44,341 nucleotides of DNA from Deinococcales bacterium (GCA_031414595.1 JANNVX010000090.1:1-44341); one strand, 5' to 3'; numbered from the stretch's first letter, positions 9,856 through 19,027 are shown. The notes: generated by a model not told the origin, from the letters alone. A program made the numbers and translations.

Positions 9856-10530
9856 TTAAATAAAGTCAGTTTTCTTAGACTGCACCACAAATGTAATGCC
9901 AAAGAAAACCGCAATCGCACTAAACTGCGCTACTAAAATAAGAAGGGTTGTTGAGTCCCAGACAATACTCGAGCCAGTCATGTTGATTTTGATACTCGGT
10001 GAACTCGAGATAAATCCGAGAAAGCCCTGAAAGACTACATTGCCCAATAAAACCGCGCCGATAATCCAATTCACAGATTCGGTGATGAGTGCCACAGCTA
10101 AGGCAAAGCAGTAATTGACCAGAATTTGCACAAGAATAAGTGTGGTAAACGGAATTAAACCGTCAGGTAGAGTGTCTCGAGTCAGGATAATGACAAAACC
10201 CGCGATGCTTAGAATCGTCCAAGGGACAAGATAAATCAGGCTATTGGCTAAAATTTTACCGAGGGTATATTCGCGCACAGACACAGGTAAACTCATGACA
10301 AAAGGCAAAGTGTGTTGGCTGCGTTCGGTGATGATGTTACTGACAGCCAAATGAAATCCAAAAGCAATTAACACCGAGATGAGTAGTAAATTTCCAATGT
10401 TCGCCCAAGTTTGGTCTGGCAAATTGACCAAAACCAAAGCGACTAGACCAGCTAACGAATACCCTAGAATCACAAAACGTTGTAAGTACCAGTCTTTTTG
10501 AATCAGTGGTTTGAGCATCAAGTAATTCAT
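9856..10530 (-). CDS. ABC-2 type permease (paralog 1)
   Basis: KPLIQKDWYLQR, SLPVSVREY and KKTDFI shared with the neighbour; ATGA overlap with the ATPase. Confidence 0.85.
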   Translation of the reverse strand: MNYLMLKPLIQKDWYLQRFVILGYSLAGLVALVLVNLPDQTWANIGNLLLISVLIAFGFHLAVSNIITERSQHTLPFVMSLPVSVREYTLGKILANSLIYLVPWTILSIAGFVIILTRDTLPDGLIPFTTLILVQILVNYCFALAVALITESVNWIIGAVLLGNVVFQGFLGFISSSPSIKINMTGSSIVWDSTTLLILVAQFSAIAVFFGITFVVQSKKTDFI

Positions 10531-11423
10531 GCGCTTACCGCCTGCCTGTGGTGCTTGACGTTGGCAATAAAAATTTCTTCTAAGGTCATGGCTTCTACTG
10601 CATGAACAATAACGCCAGTAGCTTGGTAGGCGGCACTTAAACTTGGACTAAATTGGTTGGTGGTCACGGTGATTAAACGCCCTGTGCCACTGCTCGAGAT
10701 AACTTCAGGACGCGGGGTTAGGGTTGTACCGTCGGGAATCTCGAGTTGGATTCTACGCCAACGTTCTAAGTAACTCTCTTTGTCGCTGCTATCTATAATT
10801 TTGCCTTGGTTAATAAAGGTGATTTGGTCTGAAATTTGTTCGACATCCAAAGTATTTTGTGATGAAAAAAACACAGTGCGTTCCTCGTCGGTCAGGACTT
10901 GCATCAATTCGCCCAGCACCTCTGAGCGGGCAATCGGGTCTAAGCCAGTGGTCGGTTCATCAAGTACCAGTAGTTTGGGTCGGCGGGCAAGCACCAACAA
11001 AAGCGCAGCTTTGACCCGTTGACCATGCGATAATCCCTTGATTTGTTGCCCTGATTTTAAGTCAAAAGATTGCAATAAGTGCTTGGCATAGGTTGCGTCC
11101 CAAGTTGGATAAATCGAAGCGATAAAGTTCATGTGCCACTCGAGGGTGGCGGCTTTATACAAGCGTAAATCTTCGGAAACAAAACCAATCTCCTCTTTGG
11201 CTTTGGCTTGTTGTGCAGGCATAGGTTGCCCTAAAACTTTGACATGTCCAGCTTCTTGATGCACCAAACCCATCAGGATACGAATACAAGTGGATTTCCC
11301 TGCGCCATTTGTGCCAATAAAACCCATAATACTGCCAGTAGCAAGGGAAAAAGAAATGTTCTCGAGTTTGAAAAGCCGGTATGTTTTACTCACATGCTCA
11401 AATTGAACAGCCAGTTGGTTCAT
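10527..11423 (-). CDS. ABC transporter ATP-binding protein
   Basis: GTNGAGKS, LSHGQ, LDEPTTGLDP. Confidence 0.9.
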   Translation of the reverse strand: MNQLAVQFEHVSKTYRLFKLENISFSLATGSIMGFIGTNGAGKSTCIRILMGLVHQEAGHVKVLGQPMPAQQAKAKEEIGFVSEDLRLYKAATLEWHMNFIASIYPTWDATYAKHLLQSFDLKSGQQIKGLSHGQRVKAALLLVLARRPKLLVLDEPTTGLDPIARSEVLGELMQVLTDEERTVFFSSQNTLDVEQISDQITFINQGKIIDSSDKESYLERWRRIQLEIPDGTTLTPRPEVISSSGTGRLITVTTNQFSPSLSAAYQATGVIVHAVEAMTLEEIFIANVKHHRQAVSA

Positions 11424-11432
11424 GGGTTCTCC

Positions 11433-11810
11433 TTATGTGTTTTGAATTTGTTGCCGCAGTTGATTGAGCAATTCTTCGGTCTCGAGTCCGAGGAGTGCGC
11501 CTAAGCGGGCAGCTTCTTGTAGGTGTGTTTGCAGTTCTTGTTGGTGCAGTTGAGGTTGAACATTTGGATCGAGCGCCACCCTTGAGCCTTTGCCGTGCTG
11601 GGTAAAAATAATGCCTTCGCGTTCTAGTTCGAGGTAAGCCCGTTTAACTGTAATCACACTGACCCGTAAATCGGCAGCCAATTGGCGGATGGATGGGATT
11701 TCTTGTCCGGCTGCCCAATCGCCAACCGCGATGTGTTGCTTTATTTGCTGCATGATTTGCAGGTACATTGGGCGACCATCGGTTTGGGAAATAAGAAGAT
11801 TACTGTGCAT
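11433..11810 (-). CDS. GntR-family (YtrA-type) transcriptional regulator
   Basis: PMYLQI...IPSIRQLAADLRVSVITVKRAYLELEREG; start moved to ATG 11810, just downstream of the promoter. Confidence 0.9.
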   Translation of the reverse strand: MHSNLLISQTDGRPMYLQIMQQIKQHIAVGDWAAGQEIPSIRQLAADLRVSVITVKRAYLELEREGIIFTQHGKGSRVALDPNVQPQLHQQELQTHLQEAARLGALLGLETEELLNQLRQQIQNT

Positions 11811-11822
11811 ACCAATATACTG

Positions 11823-11851
11823 AGTATATACAGTTAGGACAGTTTTGTCAA
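11823..11851 (-). promoter_or_regulatory. Sigma70-type promoter of the gntR-ABC operon, overlapping a probable GntR operator
   Basis: Minus strand TTGACA-17 nt-TATACT; imperfect palindrome ACTGTATATACTCAGT overlaps the -10. Confidence 0.8.
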
Positions 11852-11860
11852 CTCCTAAAC

Positions 11861-12523
11861 ATGCAGTATCATGATTTGGTGCTGCTTTCGGTGGACTGGG
11901 ATTTTTTTTCTGGATGTCTTGAGCATGTTTTTGACGCTCCAATCTGGGGTTCAAAAGATACAGAATATGACCGCACTGAGGCTTGGTTTGACCGCGCCAA
12001 AAAACGCAATGGCAATCTCAGCACCGATTTCCCACTGCTCGAGGATTGGCGTTGGTTATTGCAATTTTCGGGCATCAAAACCCTTGCCACCCTCAGCCAC
12101 GCCGATGCTTACGGCGTACTCGAGCAAACACCATTTTTAAGTGTCACCAACCTAGACTCACACCATGATTTATACAGTTCAAGTGGCGACCCAACGCGGG
12201 TTCGGGCTGGCAACTGGGCTGGGCTGGCGCTCGAGCATGGTTTAATCCAAAATTACACTTGTGTTTACCCCACTTGGCATGAACAGGTGCGGGTTTGCGA
12301 AGGCTATGATTTAGAGCGAACCAAAACCGAACTTGGCTCGAGATTTAGAGCCAACATCAAGCTCGAGCGCACTGCTTTGGCACAACTCGAGCTTAAAAAC
12401 ATCACAGCCATTTTGTTGGTGCAATCGCCGGCTTGGACAAACCCAGAACATGACCCGATGTTTTTTGAACTTTGCCAAGCCTTAAACGCCGAGTACCTGA
12501 CCAAGCCCTTGGAGCGCTCATAA
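11861..12523 (+). CDS. Conserved hypothetical metallohydrolase-like protein (arginase/UPF0489-like motifs)
   Basis: LSVDWDFF and NLDSHHDL acidic/His motifs; QSPAWT. Confidence 0.6.
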   Translation: MQYHDLVLLSVDWDFFSGCLEHVFDAPIWGSKDTEYDRTEAWFDRAKKRNGNLSTDFPLLEDWRWLLQFSGIKTLATLSHADAYGVLEQTPFLSVTNLDSHHDLYSSSGDPTRVRAGNWAGLALEHGLIQNYTCVYPTWHEQVRVCEGYDLERTKTELGSRFRANIKLERTALAQLELKNITAILLVQSPAWTNPEHDPMFFELCQALNAEYLTKPLERS

Positions 12524-12560
12524 CCAAACCCTCGAGAAAATTCCTCGAAGCTGATAGCCT

Positions 12561-13634
12561 TTAGTTTTTGCTATACCGCCCACCTGGTAACTCGAGAATC
12601 ACGCCTTTTAAGTGTAGCATCGTCAGCGCAACCGTGGCTCGAGGAGTGATAAATCCAGTCTTCTGGCAGAGTTCATCAAGTAACAATTCGCCGTTTAGGG
12701 CTTTATAAATGGTTGCTTCGTCGCCTTCAAGTTCTGGGGCTAAACGGGGCGGAGCGGCTGTCCAACGCAAGTTCTCGAGGACATCAGCCGCCGATTCAAT
12801 CAGGCTTGCGCCTTCTTTAATCAGTTTGTGCGGTCCCCGAGACAAAAGGTCGCCGGCTCTACCCGGCACAGCAAACACTTCGCGCCCTGCCTCGAGTGCC
12901 GCCACTGCCGTAATCATTGCACCACTGTCGGTGTCGCCCTCGACGACTACACTGCCACTGCACAAACCAGCGATAATTCGGTTGCGTGGTGGAAAATTGT
13001 AACTGTTGGGTGGTGTGCCTAGGGCATAAGCAGAAATGACCGTCAGGCGTTCAGCTAAGGCTTTGTTTTCAGATGGATAAATCGTGTCTACACCGCAACC
13101 CAGCACCGCAATGCTCACACCTCCAGCATCCACAGCAGCCGTGTGTGCCACCGTGTCAATCCCTCTGGCTAATCCAGAAACCACGGTCACACCCACCAGC
13201 GCTAAATCATGAGCCAGTTTTTGGGTGAATGCCTTGGCATAGGTGCTGGCTTTGCGTGTGCCAACCACGCCGATGCTGCGTGGCAGGACACCTGTTAAAT
13301 TTTCTAAAGCACTGACTTCGCCGCGTACCCACAGCACTGGTGGCGGGTCATAAATGGCTCTTAAACTTTCGGGATACCTCGAGTCGGTTAAACCCAGTAA
13401 AGTCAAACCCATTTTTTCGGCTCGAGTCAGTTCGGCTTCGGCGCGTTGCCTAGTGGTTTCTGAGCCAATACCTGCAATACTAGCAGCGTCCAAACCACGC
13501 ACTTGCCGCAACTCGAGCAGCTTGGCACTTAAGACAGCCTCGGCAGTTCCAAAATGTTCAATTAACGCCTTGACCCGCACTGCGCCAAGCCCAGAGGTAA
13601 AAAAAAGCGACAAACAAGCAAGGAGTTCAGACAT
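12561..13634 (-). CDS. dprA: DNA processing protein DprA
   Basis: YPESLRAIYDPPPVL, VVGTR, VSGLARGIDT, FPPRNRIIAG, GREVFAVPG; start ATG 13634 overlaps the aroK stop. Confidence 0.95.
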   Translation of the reverse strand: MSELLACLSLFFTSGLGAVRVKALIEHFGTAEAVLSAKLLELRQVRGLDAASIAGIGSETTRQRAEAELTRAEKMGLTLLGLTDSRYPESLRAIYDPPPVLWVRGEVSALENLTGVLPRSIGVVGTRKASTYAKAFTQKLAHDLALVGVTVVSGLARGIDTVAHTAAVDAGGVSIAVLGCGVDTIYPSENKALAERLTVISAYALGTPPNSYNFPPRNRIIAGLCSGSVVVEGDTDSGAMITAVAALEAGREVFAVPGRAGDLLSRGPHKLIKEGASLIESAADVLENLRWTAAPPRLAPELEGDEATIYKALNGELLLDELCQKTGFITPRATVALTMLHLKGVILELPGGRYSKN

Positions 13635-14208
13635 ATTGGCTGACTTCTTTTTCATGCCACAGCTCGAGTTTTTCGACAATTTCTTGAACCACTTCACGCC
13701 GTAAACGTCCATCGGTAGAAACTTGAATTGGCGCTTGGTCATAAAAGGGTTTTCTAATCTCGAGCAATTCACGGATTTTGCCAAGTGGGTCTGGAACTTG
13801 CAGCAAAACTCGAGGGCTGCGTTTGGTGCGTTCAAGAATTGTTTCTGGACTGGCAGAAAGCGCCACCACAGGACCTCGAGTCAGCAACTTGGTACGGTTT
13901 TCTGGGTTATTAAATGTTCCTCCACCACAAGAAATCACCGCTTCGTTTAGGGCAATACAGCGCTCGATGGTTTCGGATTCATAAGCTCTAAAGGTTGGTT
14001 CGCCGTAAGCCTCAAAAATTTGTGCCACAGTTAAACCCGCCACTTTTTCAATCACTTTATCGGTATCAAAAAAATGCAGCGCCAACGCCCGAGATAATTC
14101 CCAGCCAATACGACTTTTGCCCGTTCCCATAAAACCAACCAGCGCTACCCAATCAACCGGACGATCCAGTTCGATTGGTTCACCAAGAATAGACACAAGC
14201 ACCCCCAC
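13627..14208 (-). CDS. aroK: Shikimate kinase
   Basis: LVGFMGTGKS, DTD, GEPTFRAYE, SCGGG; the exact GTG start is uncertain (14208 or 14196). Confidence 0.93.
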   Translation of the reverse strand: MGVLVSILGEPIELDRPVDWVALVGFMGTGKSRIGWELSRALALHFFDTDKVIEKVAGLTVAQIFEAYGEPTFRAYESETIERCIALNEAVISCGGGTFNNPENRTKLLTRGPVVALSASPETILERTKRSPRVLLQVPDPLGKIRELLEIRKPFYDQAPIQVSTDGRLRREVVQEIVEKLELWHEKEVSQYV

Positions 14209-14275
14209 ACTCGAGGCAAATAATGTGTTCTCGAGGTGGTGGCGCAGCCGCGCAACTAAGAAAGAAAGGATTCAT
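14180..14275 (-). CDS. Putative leaderless upstream ORF / leader peptide of aroK (31 aa)
   Basis: TAGAAT exactly 6 nt before the ATG; MNPFFLSCAAAPPPREHIICLECGGACVYSW*; overlaps the aroK start out of frame. Confidence 0.5.
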   Translation of the reverse strand: MNPFFLSCAAAPPPREHIICLECGGACVYSW

Positions 14276-14386
14276 GCTTACATTCTATCGTGAAATAACC
14301 CAAAACGTTTCACCCTTTGTTGTGCCACCTCATCCCCTGCTAGACTACTGCTGCTCGAGCCGAGGTTTGAGCAGTGGAGGAAAACC

Positions 14387-14581
14387 ATGAGTGCATGGCA
14401 GTTAATAGCAGTGTTTTTTCTGGGCGGTCTGATTGCTTGGGTGGTTCAGTGGCTTCTCGATGTGGTCAAATGGAACGGTTCGCAACCCGCCCAAGGCATC
14501 ACCAACGATGATTTACGCGATGAGTTGCTGACCAAACAACGCGAAGTTCTCGAGTTACGCGCTCAACTCGAGCAGCACTAA
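14387..14581 (+). CDS. Small membrane protein (TM + coiled coil)
   Basis: SD GGAGG; N-terminal TM then heptad-like tail; TGcTAGACT promoter at 14338-14346. Confidence 0.75.
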   Translation: MSAWQLIAVFFLGGLIAWVVQWLLDVVKWNGSQPAQGITNDDLRDELLTKQREVLELRAQLEQH

Positions 14582-14596
14582 AGGGAGAGGGTAAAA

Positions 14597-14773
14597 ATGG
14601 AATACTTAGGTGTTTTTTTATTTGGGGCTGGTACTTTTTTAGTCCTAGAAATCGTTTATGATCATTTTTTATGGCGTACCAATGCCAATAAATCCAACCA
14701 AGCCTTAAAAGCCGAGCTTGCCAAAGTCAGTGCTGAACTGACCGCCTTACAACACAAAGTAGGTGGTCACTAA
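14597..14773 (+). CDS. Small membrane protein (58 aa, TM + coiled coil), absent from the ORF track
   Basis: SD-like GGAGAGG; MEYLGVFLFGAGTFLVLEIVYDHFLWRTNANKSNQALKAELAKVSAELTALQHKVGGH*; TAATG overlap with the next gene. Confidence 0.75.
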   Translation: MEYLGVFLFGAGTFLVLEIVYDHFLWRTNANKSNQALKAELAKVSAELTALQHKVGGH

Positions 14774-15708
14774 TGGCGAGGGGCTATCCGTTTCATCCCG
14801 TTAAAGCGGCTGGAGCATTGTTACTGGCTGGCGCAGCCGCTTTTGGTTTTATGAATTGGAATGCTGTTTCTTTAATCGCACCAACCATTGCACCAATTAC
14901 AGGGGCAGTTGCTTCTGGGGTGCGGACACTCGAGGGAACTGGCGCGAAGAACAGCAAAGTGCAAGTTTTTGTTAATGGTCAAGTTGTGGGTGTCGCCGAT
15001 GTGGACGCGAGTGGCAATTGGAAATTCGACACCAATTTACCCAGTGGTTCGGTTAGCGTTGTGGCGAAAGCCTTTGATGGCAAAGTCGCTTCGCTCGAGA
15101 GTGCGCCGTTAGACCTGACCCTAAAAGCCCCATTTGAAGGTTTACAAGCAATGGCAGAAGGCGAAGGCATCAACATCTTTACCCCGCAATTAAAAGATGC
15201 CAACGGGTTCTTAGCGGCTGATGAATTTGCTTTATCTGGGCTTGCCCCAGCCAACAGCAAACTCGAGGTTCTCGAGGCGGGTAAGGTACTGGGTAGCGCC
15301 ACAGCCGCAGCCGATGGACAGTGGACATACAAGGTCACACCATCTGGCACAGGCGATATTGATTATTTGGTTCGACCAGAGGGCAAAACAACTGGCGCAC
15401 TCTACACCCTCAACATTGCCCCCAAAGGCGCAACCGCCCCTGTTTGTCCATGCAAATTACGGTTTATTCTGACCAATCCAAAAACCCAAGCCGCTACTGT
15501 CACCTTAACTGGCTCGAGTGCCACACCACAACCCGTCAGTGCAGTCATCCCGTTCAAAGGAAAAACTGCCACGATGATTTCATTTATAGGTGTAGCCGCA
15601 GGCGAGTACACTTACAGTGTCGCACAAACTGGTTTTACAACCTTTGGGAAAACTGCAAACTTACCGAAAAACCGTACCATCAGTGTCTACTTAAACCCAG
15701 CTAAGTAA
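14773..15708 (+). CDS. Membrane-anchored protein with bacterial Ig-like domains
   Basis: N-terminal TM; two repeats of the LxG.A..NSKV.V...G..VG.A.AD..G.W type; C-terminal PEGA-like beta domain. Confidence 0.7.
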   Translation: MARGYPFHPVKAAGALLLAGAAAFGFMNWNAVSLIAPTIAPITGAVASGVRTLEGTGAKNSKVQVFVNGQVVGVADVDASGNWKFDTNLPSGSVSVVAKAFDGKVASLESAPLDLTLKAPFEGLQAMAEGEGINIFTPQLKDANGFLAADEFALSGLAPANSKLEVLEAGKVLGSATAAADGQWTYKVTPSGTGDIDYLVRPEGKTTGALYTLNIAPKGATAPVCPCKLRFILTNPKTQAATVTLTGSSATPQPVSAVIPFKGKTATMISFIGVAAGEYTYSVAQTGFTTFGKTANLPKNRTISVYLNPAK

Positions 15709-15741
15709 AGAAAATCATGCCCTCGAGAATGTGCGTGGTGC

Positions 15742-15934
15742 AGCCCTCTCCCAACTCGCTTGAAGCTCGTTACCCTCATCCCGCCAAAAAGCGCGGGAGA
15801 GGGTTGTTCGGTTTATTCTTTTGTTTTGGTTTTGCGATAAAAAAGAAAAATTAAAGCCCCAACCCTAAACCCTCCCCCAGCGAAGCGTATTTTGGGGGAG
15901 GGTGGCGAGCTTCAAGCGAGACGGGAGAGGGGCT
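15742..15934. repeat. Inverted pair of REP-like GC-rich hairpin units (REPIN/MITE-like)
   Basis: ccctctcccaactcgcttgaagctcgttaccctc on the left pairs with gagggtggcgagcttcaagcgagacgggagaggg on the right; each unit has its own internal hairpin. Confidence 0.75.
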
Positions 15935-15991
15935 ACCCAACCATGATTCTGTACCTACTGGAAGGCTTTTGCTCCTAACCCGACCTACAAA

Positions 15992-16020
15992 CAAAAACCC
16001 TCGAGAACACGTCTCGAGGG
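15992..16020 (-). terminator. secA intrinsic terminator built from two CTCGAG sites
   Basis: ccctcgaga-acacg-tctcgaggg followed by TTTTTGT on the minus strand. Confidence 0.85.
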
Positions 16021-16036
16021 CAACATTTTACTGGCA

Positions 16037-19027
16037 TTACCGTCCTTTTTTAACATCCCGCTCAACTTTTCGCCGTTCCTGACGACTGAGTTTTTGCACT
16101 TTGGTTTGACTGGAACGAATAAAAGGGTTTGAACCGCTCGAGAAACCACTTTGCGGTGCGTCCGATTGCTCATCTGCAACAGCTTGGGCTTGTGGGGCAG
16201 CTTCAAAGTTCACTTGGACACGGAAAATAAACTTGGTCACTTCGGTTTTAATCGCTTCGGTCATTTCCGAGAATAACTTGGTGGCTTCAAATTTGTATTC
16301 GACAAACGGGTCTTTTTGTCCGTACTGACGGTTAAAAATACCACTTCGTAAGACATCCATACTGTGCAAATGCTCTTTCCAGAATTGGTCTACGATTTGC
16401 AGTACCACATAGCGCTCGAGTCCGCGCAGCACTTGTGGGGTCAGTTGTTGTTCTCGGGCTTCGTAAGCGGCGGCAGCCACGTCCAGCAGTTTATCGGTGA
16501 TGGCATCGCGGCGTTCGGTTCGCAGTGACTCAAAGTCAAAATCTTCAAAAGCGGGGCAGCAGTCCACCAGTGTGGCTCGCAGTGCCTCAAGGTCCCAGTC
16601 GTCGGAGTCTTTGGTGAAGTGAATACTGGCTTGGGTGTTGATAAAGTCCAGAATCATGCCTTCGGTTAGCTCATTGACCCCTTCATCTTTACCAAGCAGC
16701 ACTTCGCGGCGTTGGGCATAGACCACTTCACGTTGTTTGCTCATCACATCATCAAAGGCAAGCAGTTGTTTACGAATCGAAAAGTTACGGTCTTCAACCC
16801 GTTTTTGGGCGGTTTCGATAGAGCGTGTGACCATGCCGGCTTCAATCGGTTGGGTGTCGTCCATTCCGAGTCTGTCGAGCATCTTGACCACGGTTTCATT
16901 GGCAAAAAGACGCATTAAATCATCTTCAAACGACAAATAAAATTTGCTCGAGCCGGGGTCGCCTTGTCTGCCCGCCCGCCCGCGCAATTGATTGTCTATG
17001 CGCCGTGCTTCGTGGCGTTCTGTACCAATAATATGCAGCCCGCCAGCTTCTTTGACCTTAAAAAAGTCTACGCGGAATTCATCCCTGGTTTTAATGATAT
17101 GGGTTATATCGTCGTCTCCTACAGTTAGTTTATCCGCCACATGCTTCTTAGCATTTTCAATGTCGTCACGTAAACATGCTGCCACAAACAGTTCAATCCC
17201 GTCATCGTACCGACTAAAGCCCTTCTTCTCGAGGTGAGCATAGGCGGCAAATTCGGCGTTGCCACCGAGTTGAATATCGGTACCACGCCCTGCCATGTTG
17301 GTCGAAATCGTGATTGTGCCACTGCGCCCAGCCTGTGCCACAATATCGGCTTCTCGAGCGTGTTGTTTGGCGTTCAGCACATTGTGCTTGACACCTTTAC
17401 GCAAAATAGACAGCACATGAACTTCTTTTTCCAGTTGCTCAAAGTACATAATTGCATTTTTTGGCAGTTTAGCCCGTACTCCCTCGAGTTTATCTGGGGT
17501 TAAAGCACCCGGATTAGACAAGAGCTTCTGCATTTCTTCGATTAAGGCTGCGCTGCCTTTAGCCAGTTGCGCCTGTAATGCCCCAGCGCTTTTTTCTAAG
17601 AACTGCACATAGCGGTTTGGTTCAGACAGCAATTTACTTAAGAACTCGGATTTTTCGATAGATACTGTACCGACCAAGACTGGTTGCCCAGATTTGTGCT
17701 TTTCGATTAACTCCTCAACCACTGCCTTAAACTTGCCCAGTTCGGTGCGGTAGACCAAATCCTGTGCGTCTTTACGCACCATTGGCAGGTTGGTTGGAAT
17801 CACCAAGACATCGGCGTTATAGAGTTCGATAAATTCTTTTTCTTCGGTTTTGGCAGTACCCGTCATGCCACCAATTTTGTTGTAGAGCTTAAAGAAATTT
17901 TGGTAGGTAATGGTGGCAAGTGTCTGGTTTTCGCCAGCGATTTTGACATTTTCTTTGGCTTCGATGGCTTGGTGTAAGCCTTCGCCGTAACGACGACCGG
18001 GCATTAAACGACCTGTGAATTCATCCACGATGATTACTTCGCCTTCTTGGACGATATAATCCACATCTTTTTTGTAATGCTCGTTGGCACGAATCGCCTG
18101 CATTAGCATATGCCCAAGTTCCATGTTCTCGGTGGTAAACAGCCCGTCTATGCTGAGCAATTTCTCGGCTTTGTTAATCCCACCTTCGGTCAAATGGACA
18201 TTGCGACCTTTTTCGTCTACCGTAAAGTCCCCAGTTGGTTCAGTACGGGTTTTATCGCCCGGCACAACCGCTTCGCCCTTCTCGAGCATCCCCGCGATTT
18301 TGGTCATGAGGTAATAATTGGTGGTGCTTTTTTCCGAAGCGCCTGAGATAATGAGCGGTGTCCGAGCCTCATCAATTAAAATGCTGTCCACTTCGTCAAT
18401 AATGCAAAAGTTAAGTGGTGTGTCGGCACGAAGCACCAAGTTTTCTGGAGCGGGCGACATGTTATCGCGCAGATAATCAAATCCCAGTTCGGAGTTGGTG
18501 ATATAAGTAATATCGCAACTGTAAGCACCTTGGCGTTCTTGTGGCTGCATGGCGCTTTGGATGATTCCAACGCTTAAGCCCAGTGTCTTAAAAATCAGCC
18601 CCATTTGTTCTGCGCCAACCTTAACCAAGTAATCGTTCGCCGTGACCAAATGTGCGCCCTTGCCCGAAATCGCGTTTAAGGACAGTGCCAAAGTTGCAGC
18701 CAAGGTCTTGCCTTCGCCTGTTTTCATTTCGGCAATTCGCCCAGAATGCAGCGCTGCCCCAGCGATCAGTTGCACATCGTAATGGCGTTTACCAAGGGTG
18801 CGTTTACTGGCTTCTCGAGCCAAGGCAAAGGCTTCAACCATCAGCTTCTCTAAAGTCTCGCCGTCCTTATGGCGCAGTTTTAACTTGCCAAATTCTTCGG
18901 CTAAATGCTCGGTAGCCAGTTTTTCCATTTCACTCTCGAGGGCATTGACCTTTGACACCACATCTTTTTGCAGTTTCGCCACATCTTTGGCGTTGTTATC
19001 AAATAATTTATTAATAATTCCTAACAT
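16037..19027 (-). CDS. secA: Preprotein translocase ATPase SecA
   Basis: MKTGEGKT, IIDEVDSILIDEARTPLIISG, TNMAGRGTDI, RRIDNQLRGRAGRQGDPG. Confidence 0.98.
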   Translation of the reverse strand: MLGIINKLFDNNAKDVAKLQKDVVSKVNALESEMEKLATEHLAEEFGKLKLRHKDGETLEKLMVEAFALAREASKRTLGKRHYDVQLIAGAALHSGRIAEMKTGEGKTLAATLALSLNAISGKGAHLVTANDYLVKVGAEQMGLIFKTLGLSVGIIQSAMQPQERQGAYSCDITYITNSELGFDYLRDNMSPAPENLVLRADTPLNFCIIDEVDSILIDEARTPLIISGASEKSTTNYYLMTKIAGMLEKGEAVVPGDKTRTEPTGDFTVDEKGRNVHLTEGGINKAEKLLSIDGLFTTENMELGHMLMQAIRANEHYKKDVDYIVQEGEVIIVDEFTGRLMPGRRYGEGLHQAIEAKENVKIAGENQTLATITYQNFFKLYNKIGGMTGTAKTEEKEFIELYNADVLVIPTNLPMVRKDAQDLVYRTELGKFKAVVEELIEKHKSGQPVLVGTVSIEKSEFLSKLLSEPNRYVQFLEKSAGALQAQLAKGSAALIEEMQKLLSNPGALTPDKLEGVRAKLPKNAIMYFEQLEKEVHVLSILRKGVKHNVLNAKQHAREADIVAQAGRSGTITISTNMAGRGTDIQLGGNAEFAAYAHLEKKGFSRYDDGIELFVAACLRDDIENAKKHVADKLTVGDDDITHIIKTRDEFRVDFFKVKEAGGLHIIGTERHEARRIDNQLRGRAGRQGDPGSSKFYLSFEDDLMRLFANETVVKMLDRLGMDDTQPIEAGMVTRSIETAQKRVEDRNFSIRKQLLAFDDVMSKQREVVYAQRREVLLGKDEGVNELTEGMILDFINTQASIHFTKDSDDWDLEALRATLVDCCPAFEDFDFESLRTERRDAITDKLLDVAAAAYEAREQQLTPQVLRGLERYVVLQIVDQFWKEHLHSMDVLRSGIFNRQYGQKDPFVEYKFEATKLFSEMTEAIKTEVTKFIFRVQVNFEAAPQAQAVADEQSDAPQSGFSSGSNPFIRSSQTKVQKLSRQERRKVERDVKKGR

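Noticed and set aside
11811-11954. N-terminal extension of GntR in the ORF track (likewise for dprA 13835, permeases 9920 and 35959, hicA 42253, ORF 22647)
   Set aside because: The extensions overlap promoters or neighbouring genes; better-supported downstream starts exist.
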